From Campylobacterota bacterium (GTDB lineage Bacteria; Babelota; Babeliae; Babelales; RVW-14): a stretch of DNA of 64,000 nt. The stretch spans positions 585,503-649,502 of the forward strand of contig JACKCO010000003.1 in NCBI GenBank assembly GCA_020633995.1, given 5' to 3'. Positions within the stretch are counted from its first letter, which is position 1, and every line of letters starts with the position of its first letter. A program made the position numbers and the translations under genes. The notes below the pieces were generated by a model. That model had not been told where the DNA came from. It worked only from the letters and a program-made list of their open reading frames with translations, and ran no database searches. Positions 34,944 to 44,100 of this stretch are shown piece after piece.

Positions 34944-35020
34944 TGGTGGGCGAAACAGGACTCGAACCTGTGACCCCCTGCTTGTAAGGCAGGTGCTCTA
35001 GCCAACTGAGCTATTCGCCC
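34944..35020 (-). tRNA. tRNA-Val (UAC), CCA encoded
   Basis: GGGCGAA/UUCGCCC acceptor, anticodon loop CUUACAA, T-loop GGUUCGAGUCC. Confidence 0.95.
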
Positions 35021-35194
35021 GTGTATTTGATGCATGCTTTGCTCAGAACAAGCTTTAAAAGCATTTATTTCAAAATATACAGGTAATACTAATCGAATTT
35101 TGGGCTCCTGTCAAAGTATTTTTTGCTAGATTTAGAGTGCCTTTCTTTTGATTTTACAGTTAATATTGATTTCTATTTGTATATATCTACTCAT

Positions 35195-35223
35195 TTGCCA
35201 TGTGTAAATATTTTTGTTAGAAT
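35195..35223 (+). promoter_or_regulatory. Sigma70-like promoter candidate upstream of the CPT-like gene
   Basis: TTGCCA - 17 nt - TAGAAT. Confidence 0.35.
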
Positions 35224-35322
35224 ATTAGGGCTTGAAAGGTTGCAAAACAAGGTCTTCTTTTATTATATCTACAGGTGGTAAAAGTATCGAATAGGAGCTA
35301 CCTAGTGGGTAAGGAGATGGTT

Positions 35323-36084
35323 ATGAACTTTGCTCAAGCTTTGACATTATATCTTTTGGTTTACGGAACATTATTGGCTAGCCAAGTAAGTGCAGAAAAC
35401 AGGCCGGAACAGCAGCAATTAACAGAAAAAAATAATGGGATTGTTATAATTCTAAACGGTTCCTCTGCGGTTGGTAAGTCAAGCATACAACGGGTTTTGC
35501 AAGAAACATTTACGGACGATCCGTTTTTGGCCATGGGAATAGACAAGTGTTTTGTTGAGTTATTGCCTAAGCGGTATATCACAACAATAGCTAAAAAGAA
35601 TAAAGAGGTCATTTGGGGAAGACCATCGATGGACGAAGAGGGCAATCCGCTTTTCTATGTCGATTTTGGTCCTAAGGGTAGGAAAATTATTTTAGGCATG
35701 AATAGTGCTATCGCTGCTTATGTACGACGAGGTAATAGTGTCATCGTTGATTACATAGCCTACGAACATGCCTGGCTTGATGACTTAGTACGTGAACTAC
35801 ATGACTGCACTGTTTACTTTGTAGCGGTAAAAGCCGACATTGCAGTGATTGAAAAGCGAGAGGCTGATCGTGGCATCTCACCGCGGGGACATGCACGTAC
35901 ACACTACCAGACAGTTCATGAAAATGCGATTTATGATTTTGAAGTTGATAACACTGAGTTAACGCCTGAGCAAGCTGCAGAACAAATTAAGGCGTTTATA
36001 GATCAGACGCCTGAGCCTCAAGCTTTTAAAATGATGTATACAAGGCTTGCAGAAAGGGAGGCAAGCGTAGTACCTGCGGCATAA
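35323..36084 (+). CDS. Chloramphenicol phosphotransferase-like (CPT family) P-loop kinase with signal peptide
   Basis: MNFAQALTLYLLVYGTLLASQVSA signal. IVIILNGSSAVGKSSIQRVLQ and LAMGID match the CPT P-loop and catalytic Asp region (from memory). RBS aaggag. Confidence 0.75.
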   Translation: MNFAQALTLYLLVYGTLLASQVSAENRPEQQQLTEKNNGIVIILNGSSAVGKSSIQRVLQETFTDDPFLAMGIDKCFVELLPKRYITTIAKKNKEVIWGRPSMDEEGNPLFYVDFGPKGRKIILGMNSAIAAYVRRGNSVIVDYIAYEHAWLDDLVRELHDCTVYFVAVKADIAVIEKREADRGISPRGHARTHYQTVHENAIYDFEVDNTELTPEQAAEQIKAFIDQTPEPQAFKMMYTRLAEREASVVPAA

Positions 36085-36107
36085 AATTTTTAGAAAGGAT
36101 TTAATGT

Positions 36108-37088
36108 ATGATGGGGGTTAGTGCAAGAAAGCTTATACTTTCACTTTTTGTGTTTTCCTTTGTTTGCCTGTGTACAAGTGTGGCGGACTGGTGTTTTAAC
36201 CCAGATACTGCTTACTTTCTAATTTCATCAGACTTTGAGCAAGTAAAGCCGCTTAACATGACTTCATACGAGCATGTCGCATTGTCTGACTCTAAGGTTT
36301 TAAAGCAAGAACCTGTTTATGCGCATGATATCGTCCGTGTTAGCAAAAAAGTTCGTATCAATGTTGAATATTGTGATAACGGCAAAGATAAAATTTTAAT
36401 TATAGGTCCGGGCTACAACAATAAAAAAGAGCATATGCAAGTTTATGCCCAAAAATTTAACCCCGAGTATGATATTTTGTTGTTTGACTACCGTTGGGCA
36501 AAGCTTAAGAAGTACTACATGAAGCTTTCAACAATTTTTCATCCACTTAATAAGCTTGTGTATCATCCAGTTCAGGAAGTTGAGGCCGTCGTAAACTATG
36601 CAAAATCGAAAAAAGAGTATCAACAGGTCATTGGCTTAGGAAAATGTTATAGTGCAACCGCCTTTATTATGGCCGAGCAAAAAGCACAAGAGGCTGGGGG
36701 GCGTTTATTTGACAAGCTCATTCTTGACAGTACCTGGTTGTCGCTGCGTGGCTTTATGAAAAGCATCTATAAAAAATCAAGCATTTTTGCGACGCCATTT
36801 CTTGGCTTTGCAAGTTTGTTTGTTCCTAAAGTTGGTGTCGAACGGCATATTCCCTACATTCAGGGTGTTCCAACACTTTTTATTCATGGATCTGGTGACA
36901 GTCTGGTCCCGCTTGATCATTTCAAACGCATTTGGCAGTCCGCTGTAAATCTTAGCCAAAAGGCTGTTTTAGTGACGCCGCATGAGCATGTGGAGCATCT
37001 TAGTAACACGCCATTTTATAAAAACGTTATTGACCAATTTATTAACTACGAATTTAGTGACTTTGTTGAAAAAATCACGTTAGCGTGA
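36108..37088 (+). CDS. Alpha/beta-hydrolase-fold protein with signal peptide and a possible Cys nucleophile
   Basis: Nucleophile-elbow-like VIGLGKCYSA (G-x-C-x-S), LFIHGSGDSLVP (Asp region) and TPHEHVEHL (His region). Hydrophobic N-terminus. Confidence 0.7.
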   Translation: MMGVSARKLILSLFVFSFVCLCTSVADWCFNPDTAYFLISSDFEQVKPLNMTSYEHVALSDSKVLKQEPVYAHDIVRVSKKVRINVEYCDNGKDKILIIGPGYNNKKEHMQVYAQKFNPEYDILLFDYRWAKLKKYYMKLSTIFHPLNKLVYHPVQEVEAVVNYAKSKKEYQQVIGLGKCYSATAFIMAEQKAQEAGGRLFDKLILDSTWLSLRGFMKSIYKKSSIFATPFLGFASLFVPKVGVERHIPYIQGVPTLFIHGSGDSLVPLDHFKRIWQSAVNLSQKAVLVTPHEHVEHLSNTPFYKNVIDQFINYEFSDFVEKITLA

Positions 37089-37096
37089 AAATAAAA

Positions 37097-37133
37097 AATA
37101 GGCGATAGATAAGCACTATCGCCTATTTTTTAT
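37097..37133. terminator. Strong bidirectional terminator
   Basis: Perfect 12-bp stem aataggcgatag / ctatcgcctatt, flanked by an A-run and a T-run. Confidence 0.7.
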
Positions 37134-37273
37134 TTCTTGCTTGCTTTCGTTCTTGGACCTTATGCATACTCATAATTGTCATTGGTAGCCAATGATGCCC
37201 ACTAGAACAAGTAGGGTTGGGGGACTCTCTTAAAATGGTGTGAGTGTTATAGGTGGTTATTATTTTTAAGAGG

Positions 37274-38947
37274 TTATATCTTATAATTCATAATAAAGTC
37301 TGTGAGCAGACGTACGCCTGCACCGGTACCACCTTCACCGAGGTAGTTGATCCCTGGAACCCTTTTTGCTGTGCCAGAGGTATCAATGTGTGCCCACTTA
37401 GTGTCGCGGATAAATTCACTTAAAAAACAACCACCAGAGATGCAGCCCGCAAGATAAGTATTTGAAGGTGTGTTGGCGACGTCAGCAACGGATGATTTAT
37501 TTGCTTGCTTGTAGTCTTCGTCAAATGGCATTTGCCAAACTCTATCACCACTACGTTGTCCACTGGTAACAAGTTGATTGGTAAGATTTTTGTCATTACT
37601 CACAAGGCCAGCATAAAAGTGTCCCAGAGCATGTTTGCAAGCTCCAGTTAGGGTTGCTATATCGATAATAACATCTGGCTGATAAAAGCTTTCAGCATAG
37701 CAAAGTGCATCAGACAAAATAAGGCGACCTTCAGCATCGGTATTTTTAACTTCGATACTTTTACCATTCATCGCTCTGATAATATCGTCTTGACGAGCTG
37801 CATTGCCATCAGGCATGTTCTCAACCATGGGGGTGATTCCAACAACATTGACGGCTGGTTTTAGTTGAGCAATTACGCTCATGGTTGCGATAACTGCAGC
37901 AGCGCCACACATGTCATACTTCATGTCTGTCATGCCGGTGGCTGGTTTCAAGCTAACGCCACCAGTATCAAAGGTTACACCCTTGCCGCACAGGGCAATA
38001 GTTGGTGCGTTTTCAAGGCCAGAATCGTACTCAAGAATAACAAATTTTCCATCTTGTTGTGAGCCGCTGGTAACCGCGAGGAAACCGCCCATTTTTAGTT
38101 CCTCTGCATCTTCTTCCTCCAGGATAGTGCAGCTAAAATCATATTTTTCTGCAAGTCTTTTTGCTTCTGTAGCAAATTCTGATGGAGTTAAAATATTTGC
38201 GGGTAGATCTCCCCAATGACGTGCCATATTAGTTGCATTTCCCAGTATATTGCCAAATTCGACTGCTGTGTTGTTTTCGTCAGTTTTTTCAAGGCCTGTC
38301 AGCCAAACCACACATGGGTTATTTTTTGCGTCTTCATTGTTTGATTTAAATGTGTCAAATGAATAGTATGCCAAGTGATAAGCACATGTTGCATGATGTA
38401 TTAAGTTTTGCGTATTGATATCAAAAAAACTTGCATCGGGTAGTGCTAGAGCGACATTATTTGCTTGTAATTTTTTTGCTTCTTTCACCGCATGGCCAAT
38501 TGCTCGTCTGAATAGCTCAAGGTTACGCTCTCCTGTGTGGTGGAGTTCGCCCAGCCCGACGAACAGACAGTGAGAGCGGCCTTCATCTGTTGGTGTATAA
38601 AGGTAGGTTTGGCCTACTTTACCCTCAAAATGAACTCGTTTGAGTATGGTTATAATTTGCTCTTGCATGCTTTCTTCAATGTTTTCCAAGGCTTGTGCTG
38701 TATTGAGTGGTACTAACTCGTGGTTGACAAAAACGACATGAACATTTGCTTGAGTCTGCCATAGGCTTTGTGGACTGAGTTTAACGGCTACATTGCTGTT
38801 ATAGATGGCAACATCGGGGCAACGTTTTTGTTCGCCATCTATTCGATGCTTACGCAATGATTGTTTTGTTTTTGCGGTTGCCGACGTAAGACTTACAAAC
38901 AACGCCATGATACAACACAATGCACGAGCTAAGGTCATCTGTTTCAC
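37274..38947 (-). CDS. pepA: M17 leucyl aminopeptidase with signal peptide and an extended N-terminus
   Basis: NTDAEGRLILSDAL signature and VTFDTGGVSLKP. N-terminus MKQMTLARALCCIMALFVSLTSATA. Confidence 0.9.
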   Translation of the reverse strand: MKQMTLARALCCIMALFVSLTSATAKTKQSLRKHRIDGEQKRCPDVAIYNSNVAVKLSPQSLWQTQANVHVVFVNHELVPLNTAQALENIEESMQEQIITILKRVHFEGKVGQTYLYTPTDEGRSHCLFVGLGELHHTGERNLELFRRAIGHAVKEAKKLQANNVALALPDASFFDINTQNLIHHATCAYHLAYYSFDTFKSNNEDAKNNPCVVWLTGLEKTDENNTAVEFGNILGNATNMARHWGDLPANILTPSEFATEAKRLAEKYDFSCTILEEEDAEELKMGGFLAVTSGSQQDGKFVILEYDSGLENAPTIALCGKGVTFDTGGVSLKPATGMTDMKYDMCGAAAVIATMSVIAQLKPAVNVVGITPMVENMPDGNAARQDDIIRAMNGKSIEVKNTDAEGRLILSDALCYAESFYQPDVIIDIATLTGACKHALGHFYAGLVSNDKNLTNQLVTSGQRSGDRVWQMPFDEDYKQANKSSVADVANTPSNTYLAGCISGGCFLSEFIRDTKWAHIDTSGTAKRVPGINYLGEGGTGAGVRLLTDFIMNYKI

Positions 38948-39059
38948 GATTTTCTCCTTTTTTTTTAAAATAAAAAACCAGCCTTCCTTATACTTTGTGT
39001 TTCAGCATAAAGAAGGCTGGTGAATCGTCAACGAGAAAATGCTGTGATGTACTGAGGTG

Positions 39060-40583
39060 TTATTTGTAGCTCATCACAAATTCGGTTAAAAGTCTGATGC
39101 CTGCACCCGTTGCACCCTTTCCTAGGTAATTTACAGCTGGTACGTCGTTTGATGTTCCTGCTATGTCAATGTGTGCCCATTTTGCTTTATCAACAAACTC
39201 GCTTAAAAAGCATGCGCCAATGATGGTACCTGCAAGGTATGCTCGTGAGCCTGAATTGTTGACGTCGGCAACGTCAGAATCATTAGATTTTTTGTAGTCT
39301 TCATCAAATGGTAGTGGCCAAACTCGATCACCAGTCAAGGTGCCGGCTTCGACAAGTTTTTTGCTCAATGCTTCATCGTTGCCCATGATGCCCGAGTAAA
39401 AGTGTCCAAGTGCATGGACGCAGGCGCCGGTTAGTGTTGCGATATCGATGATAATTTCTGGAGAATAAAATTTTTCAGCATAGCAGAGTGCGTCGGCTAA
39501 AATAAGTCGACCTTCCGCGTCGGTGTTTTGAATCTCGATGGTTTTACCGTTAAGTGCGGTAACGACATCGTCTTGACGTGAGGCATTTCCGCCCGGCATG
39601 TTTTCAACCAGCGGGGTAATACCAACGACATTAACTTTAGGCTTAAACACAGACAAAATACTCATGGTTGCCAGTACCGCAGCAGCTCCAGACATATCGT
39701 ATTTCATGCCGGTCATGTAGTTTGATGGCTTCAGGCTAATGCCCCCGGTGTCAAACATGACGCCCTTTCCGCACAAAGCAATGGTCGGGGCATCTTTTTT
39801 ATCAGTATGGTATTCAAGAACAATAAATTTGCCTTCCTGCTCAGAGCCTCGGTCTACAGAAAGAAATGCTCCCATGCCAAGCTCTTGTGCTCGTTCTTGG
39901 CCAAATATGGTCGCCTTAAGTCCATGTTTGTCAGCCAGCTCTTGTGCTTGTTTGGCAAGCTCGGTTGGGGTGAGAATGTTTGCTGGTAGGTCAGCCCAGT
40001 GACGTGCCATATTCATAGCTTGCCCAATGGTTTGGCCGTGTGTAAGGCGCGGAATAAAATGTTCCTGCTCAATTGCACTGTCAACGGCGATAAAAAGTTT
40101 GCCGTTCCATTCTTTGCCTTTTTTGCCTGTTTTAAAAGTAATAAATTCATAGTCGGCCATATAAGCAGTGATGACGAGTTGTTTGAGTAGCTCAGTATCG
40201 TTGACATTAAACTTGTCTACTGCTGGTAGGGCAACAACAGCGTTTTGAATGGAAAGTCTTTTAAGCTGGCCAATGCCTGAGCCGATTGCGCGGCGTAAGA
40301 TTTCCAGGTTGCGGTCCCAGCTGTCAGGTAGGCTACCAACTCCAATAAAAATGAACTGAATGAGCTTGTCATTTTTACTTTCGGTTAAAACAAAAGACTG
40401 GCCTTTTTTCCCTTCGAATTGATGCTTTTTTAAAATATCTTTTAGTCGGGTGTAGTAATTCTGTTCAATATGTTCAAGATTTGCCTCGGGTGTCAGAGAG
40501 CTTAGCTTGTCATCAAGCAGCAAAATATAACCCTCAACGTCGTTGTCCCAAAATTTTTTTTGGCTTAAAGCAACGTTCAACAT
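39060..40583 (-). CDS. pepA: M17 leucyl aminopeptidase (cytoplasmic-type paralog)
   Basis: NTDAEGRLILADAL and VMFDTGGISLKP. No signal peptide. Confidence 0.9.
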   Translation of the reverse strand: MLNVALSQKKFWDNDVEGYILLLDDKLSSLTPEANLEHIEQNYYTRLKDILKKHQFEGKKGQSFVLTESKNDKLIQFIFIGVGSLPDSWDRNLEILRRAIGSGIGQLKRLSIQNAVVALPAVDKFNVNDTELLKQLVITAYMADYEFITFKTGKKGKEWNGKLFIAVDSAIEQEHFIPRLTHGQTIGQAMNMARHWADLPANILTPTELAKQAQELADKHGLKATIFGQERAQELGMGAFLSVDRGSEQEGKFIVLEYHTDKKDAPTIALCGKGVMFDTGGISLKPSNYMTGMKYDMSGAAAVLATMSILSVFKPKVNVVGITPLVENMPGGNASRQDDVVTALNGKTIEIQNTDAEGRLILADALCYAEKFYSPEIIIDIATLTGACVHALGHFYSGIMGNDEALSKKLVEAGTLTGDRVWPLPFDEDYKKSNDSDVADVNNSGSRAYLAGTIIGACFLSEFVDKAKWAHIDIAGTSNDVPAVNYLGKGATGAGIRLLTEFVMSYK

Positions 40584-40605
40584 AGAAAAACCTTTCTGTT
40601 GTGTG

Positions 40606-40980
40606 TTATTTTTTCTCGATATTTTTTAGCGCATCATGAAGTGCATGAAGGCACAGCAGGGCGCACTTGAGGCGAGTTGGTCCTAGATCAAGTCCAACCA
40701 TAGTTTTGATTGTTGTCTGATTGAGATTTTTTGCGTGATCAACGCTGTTGCCAAGACATTCTTCTGTCAGCATAGATGCAGCTGCCTGACTGATAACACA
40801 TCCCGAGCCTTGAAAGCCGATGTCTGAAATAGTGTGTCCGTCCAGTTTTCCCATAATGCTGACTTTATCGCCGCATGATGGATTGAATTGTGCACACATA
40901 AAGTCAGGTTGATCAACCACTTTATTGTTGCTGGGATACTTGAAATGTTCTATCAGTTCTTCTTGATACAGATTGTTCAT
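40606..40980 (-). CDS. sufU: SUF-type Fe-S cluster scaffold / sulfur acceptor SufU (NifU N-terminal-like)
   Basis: NPSCGDKV, GSGCVISQAAASMLTE and LKCALLCLHAL give the three conserved Cys regions. Confidence 0.85.
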   Translation of the reverse strand: MNNLYQEELIEHFKYPSNNKVVDQPDFMCAQFNPSCGDKVSIMGKLDGHTISDIGFQGSGCVISQAAASMLTEECLGNSVDHAKNLNQTTIKTMVGLDLGPTRLKCALLCLHALHDALKNIEKK

Positions 40981-42223
40981 GGCTTTTTTTATTTGAAAGT
41001 GACCTAATGCTTGTCAGTGTTTGCTCAAGTCCTATGAGCAATTTTTTAATATCTTCTGAGTTATTGTAGGCGCAAAGGCTTGCTCGTAGCAGTGACTGAA
41101 CGCCCAGTAGGTTTGCCAGAGGCTGTGCGCAATGATGTCCGGCGCGTAGCGCAACGCCGTGCATGCCTAGAAATGTTGCTACGTCATGTGCGTGTGCGTC
41201 TTCAACCCAAAAACTGACCAAGTGGCCTGATGAGCGTAGTTTGTTCTTGTTGCCAGCTATATGAACGCCATCAAGTTTTTCAAGTCCGTCAATCAGTTGA
41301 GCACATAGTCCAGCTTCATGCTTTTTTAGTTCGTCAAAATCTATATTTTTTTCGATGTAGTCAATGGCAGCGCCAAGGCCAATAACGCTTGCAATAGGCG
41401 GGGTGCCCGCTTCAAATTTTTGTGGTGCTTGTGCCCAGGTGGCATCATTGAAGGTCGCAGAAAAAATCATCGAACCACCAACCTGGTAGGGCCGAACGTC
41501 ATCATGCAGTGCTTGCTTGATGTAAAGAACACCAACCCCAGTTGGACCAAACATTTTATGCGGCGAAAAAACAACAAAATCTGCACCAAGCTTTTGTACG
41601 TCAAGTCTTGCATGCGCAGGTGTTTGTGCTGCATCAACCAGTACTCGTGCACCAACGGCGTGAGCTTTTTTAATGACAGCTTCAAGTTGGCCATCCTGCC
41701 AGATGTCACCGATAACATTTGAGCTCTGGGTTACTGTAATCAATCTGGTTTTACTTGTAATGACAGATTGTGCGTCATCACATTCAAACGTTTGTGTGTT
41801 GAGTGGGACAAACACGAGCTTAGCGCCAGTTTGCTTTGCCACTAGTTGCCATGGAAGCAGATTTGCATGGTGCTCTGTTTTGGTTAAAACGATCTCATCA
41901 CCTGCTTTGAGATGATCCAGTGCCCAGCTGTGCGCTACAAAGTTGATACTTTCTGTCGTACCCTTGGTAAAGACAACTTCACATGAGCTGGCAGCATTGA
42001 TAAATTTTGCTACTTTTTCACGTGTTTGTTCATACAGCATTGTGGCACGCTCGCCTAGGGGATAGATTGCACGATGTACGTTTGCATTAGCCTCTTTATA
42101 GTAGTTTGAGATAGCATCAATAACTACTTCAGGCTTTTGGCTTGTTGCGCCACTATCCAGGTAGCTGAGTGCAGGGTTATTTGCAAGTAATGGGAAATCG
42201 TTTTTTACTTTTTTAAAGTCCAT
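40922..42223 (-). CDS. sufS: Cysteine desulfurase SufS (class V aminotransferase)
   Basis: PLP lysine context FSPHKMFGPTGVGVLY and active-site Cys RAGHHCAQPL. The C-terminal tail overlaps sufU by 59 nt. Confidence 0.9.
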   Translation of the reverse strand: MDFKKVKNDFPLLANNPALSYLDSGATSQKPEVVIDAISNYYKEANANVHRAIYPLGERATMLYEQTREKVAKFINAASSCEVVFTKGTTESINFVAHSWALDHLKAGDEIVLTKTEHHANLLPWQLVAKQTGAKLVFVPLNTQTFECDDAQSVITSKTRLITVTQSSNVIGDIWQDGQLEAVIKKAHAVGARVLVDAAQTPAHARLDVQKLGADFVVFSPHKMFGPTGVGVLYIKQALHDDVRPYQVGGSMIFSATFNDATWAQAPQKFEAGTPPIASVIGLGAAIDYIEKNIDFDELKKHEAGLCAQLIDGLEKLDGVHIAGNKNKLRSSGHLVSFWVEDAHAHDVATFLGMHGVALRAGHHCAQPLANLLGVQSLLRASLCAYNNSEDIKKLLIGLEQTLTSIRSLSNKKSHEQSVSRRTDRTFQVSQQQ

Positions 42224-42262
42224 ACTGTAATTTATTTTTTGATATGGGATATAGATTTTTAC

Positions 42263-43450
42263 CTAGTATAAACGATTATCACTGTTTTTGTAAGCGCTGC
42301 TTGGTGGTCCATTAAGAAATAACATCAACTGAAAATTTATTTTCATCATGGAGAGGCAGCCTGCATTATAGGGGTTAGCCAGTAGATGCAAAGAATCCTG
42401 CGATATTTTATCAGATATATCAACTTGTTCTTTTTTTTCAAAGTCAAAAAAGTGTACATCAAAGTATTCTTGATTGAATTTATTGCAGTGGTAGCTTGTT
42501 ATAGCGATTAATGATTTTCCAGATGTTGAGAAAAAAAGATCAGTAAATCTGCATTTTTTCCAACTACTAAAGCTGGCTATGTGCTCGCCAGTCCTATCAT
42601 AAACATAAATAATGTGTGGATCGTCTGGTGTTGTGTATGCGGCAAACTGGCCGTTGGGGGCAAAGGCAAAGCATGAGATGTTCTTTTTTGTAGGGCGGAG
42701 TTCACCGTTTTCAAGAGCAATCATGGAGACGTTAGTGCCATGTTGTACAGCAAGCAGTGAACTGTTTGGATTGAAGCCTATGAGTTTTATAGGCTTGGTA
42801 AAGCTTAAGCATTCATGTTCGTTTTTTTCTAAGTTGAAAATATAAATACAGTTTTCGGTTTCGCTGCGTGTTTGAACAATCAGAAAGTTGCCGCAGGGGC
42901 TGAAAAGCATTGTAACGAGTTCGCTGTTGGAAAAGGGGGCTGAGAAGTCATGTGTTTGTTCATCGTCTTTGTTGTAAATTGCTATCTTATTTTCATCGTT
43001 GTGTGAGTAATATTTTGCTAAACCATTGTGTAATGGATGAGGCGCAACATAATGTATTAACTGATCTTGTCCGAGCTTGTTGCAGCTTTTTTCTTTGCCA
43101 AAACTGTATTTAGATTTTACACGTTTTACATCTTGTATGATTGTTTTTCCACATCCTGTGTAGTAATATTCGATATGAGTATCGAATACTAAAAGAAATG
43201 AGTCTCCATTATAATTAAAAGCAAACTGTTTGAAGTTTTTGTTTTCAATCTGAAGCTCGTCACGAAGATATTCGCCTTTTGCATTCTTTCTGTAGATAGT
43301 GATGGTTCCATGGTCACAAATTGCCCTGTGATCGCCACGTGGGGTCTGAAAAAAACCATATTCAAAACAATAGGATTTTTCGCTTGCTTGTATGAAGTTT
43401 GGTGACAAGATAGATATGATGGAGAGAAAGACTGGTAAATATTTTTTCAT
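42263..43450 (-). CDS. Secreted beta-propeller-like (WD40/TolB-like repeat) protein
   Basis: Signal MKKYLPVFLSIISILSPNFIQA. Recurrent F(S/N/A)P.G..(L/A)(I/A)(V/Y) strands: FSPCGNFLIVQT, FNPNSSLLAVQH, FAPNGQFAAYTT, FSTSGKSLIAIT. Confidence 0.55.
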   Translation of the reverse strand: MKKYLPVFLSIISILSPNFIQASEKSYCFEYGFFQTPRGDHRAICDHGTITIYRKNAKGEYLRDELQIENKNFKQFAFNYNGDSFLLVFDTHIEYYYTGCGKTIIQDVKRVKSKYSFGKEKSCNKLGQDQLIHYVAPHPLHNGLAKYYSHNDENKIAIYNKDDEQTHDFSAPFSNSELVTMLFSPCGNFLIVQTRSETENCIYIFNLEKNEHECLSFTKPIKLIGFNPNSSLLAVQHGTNVSMIALENGELRPTKKNISCFAFAPNGQFAAYTTPDDPHIIYVYDRTGEHIASFSSWKKCRFTDLFFSTSGKSLIAITSYHCNKFNQEYFDVHFFDFEKKEQVDISDKISQDSLHLLANPYNAGCLSMMKINFQLMLFLNGPPSSAYKNSDNRLY

Positions 43451-43528
43451 TAGAACCTTGTTTTTTGTTTGGACACTTTATACCTTACGAAATTGTACCA
43501 ACAATTATTTTTTAAGAGGAGTAAGTTC

Positions 43529-43987
43529 ATGAAAAATGTTGGATATCTTTTTTTATTTGCAGGCTTTTTACTCACCAGTAGTTATGTTGAGGCAAAAAAG
43601 AGAATGAAAGGAGATGGAATGGTAGCGCAAAATCATTTAGGCATTCGTGAGGTTAAAGCAGAAGCGTTAAAAGACGAAATGGCCAATAATCCAAATTTGG
43701 TCGTTATTAATGTTTTGGCTAAGGAGTATTTTAATGATGCTCATATAACTGGTTCAATTAATAAATCACTTGATAATCTTGATGAATTACTCAACGAATA
43801 CAGCGAAAATACCCCGCTGGTTGTTTACTGCGCGTCATATCAATGTAGTGCAAGTCGTGATGCCTATAAAAAGCTTGTTGAAATGGGCTTTACTAATGTG
43901 CGTGCTTATGAGGGCGGCATGAAAGAGTGGCTGGCGAAAGGCTTTTCCCATGAGGGGCCTGCTGCAAAGGATTATCTCAAAAAGTAG
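43529..43987 (+). CDS. Rhodanese-domain protein with signal peptide
   Basis: MKNVGYLFLFAGFLLTSSYVEA signal. Active-site loop VVYCASYQCSAS and the C-terminal YEGGMKEW. RBS aagaggag. Confidence 0.8.
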   Translation: MKNVGYLFLFAGFLLTSSYVEAKKRMKGDGMVAQNHLGIREVKAEALKDEMANNPNLVVINVLAKEYFNDAHITGSINKSLDNLDELLNEYSENTPLVVYCASYQCSASRDAYKKLVEMGFTNVRAYEGGMKEWLAKGFSHEGPAAKDYLKK

Positions 43988-44010
43988 GGAAAAAAACTAG
44001 CGTCGATTAA

Positions 44011-44038
44011 AAAGCCCCCATTTTCGGGGGCTTTTTTT
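44011..44038 (+). terminator. Rho-independent terminator
   Basis: gccccc attttc gggggc stem-loop followed by ttttttt. Confidence 0.7.
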
Positions 44039-44100
44039 ATTGGTGAGCTCTTGGTAGACTTGGCCACATACTTGTATTTTGAATTAGACGTAGAGGTATT

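Noticed and set aside
37865-38219. Antisense ORFs inside the pepA genes (also 39739-40002 and 39807-39989), and similar shadow ORFs opposite most large genes
   Set aside because: They lie opposite strongly supported conserved CDSs and have no motifs. They are typical antisense shadow ORFs.
40922-40980. The 59-nt overlap between sufS and sufU as evidence of a frameshift or assembly error
   Set aside because: Both proteins are full length, with all conserved motifs, and SufU starts with its typical N-terminus (MNNLYQEELIEHFKYP). The overlap is more simply a non-conserved SufS C-terminal tail.
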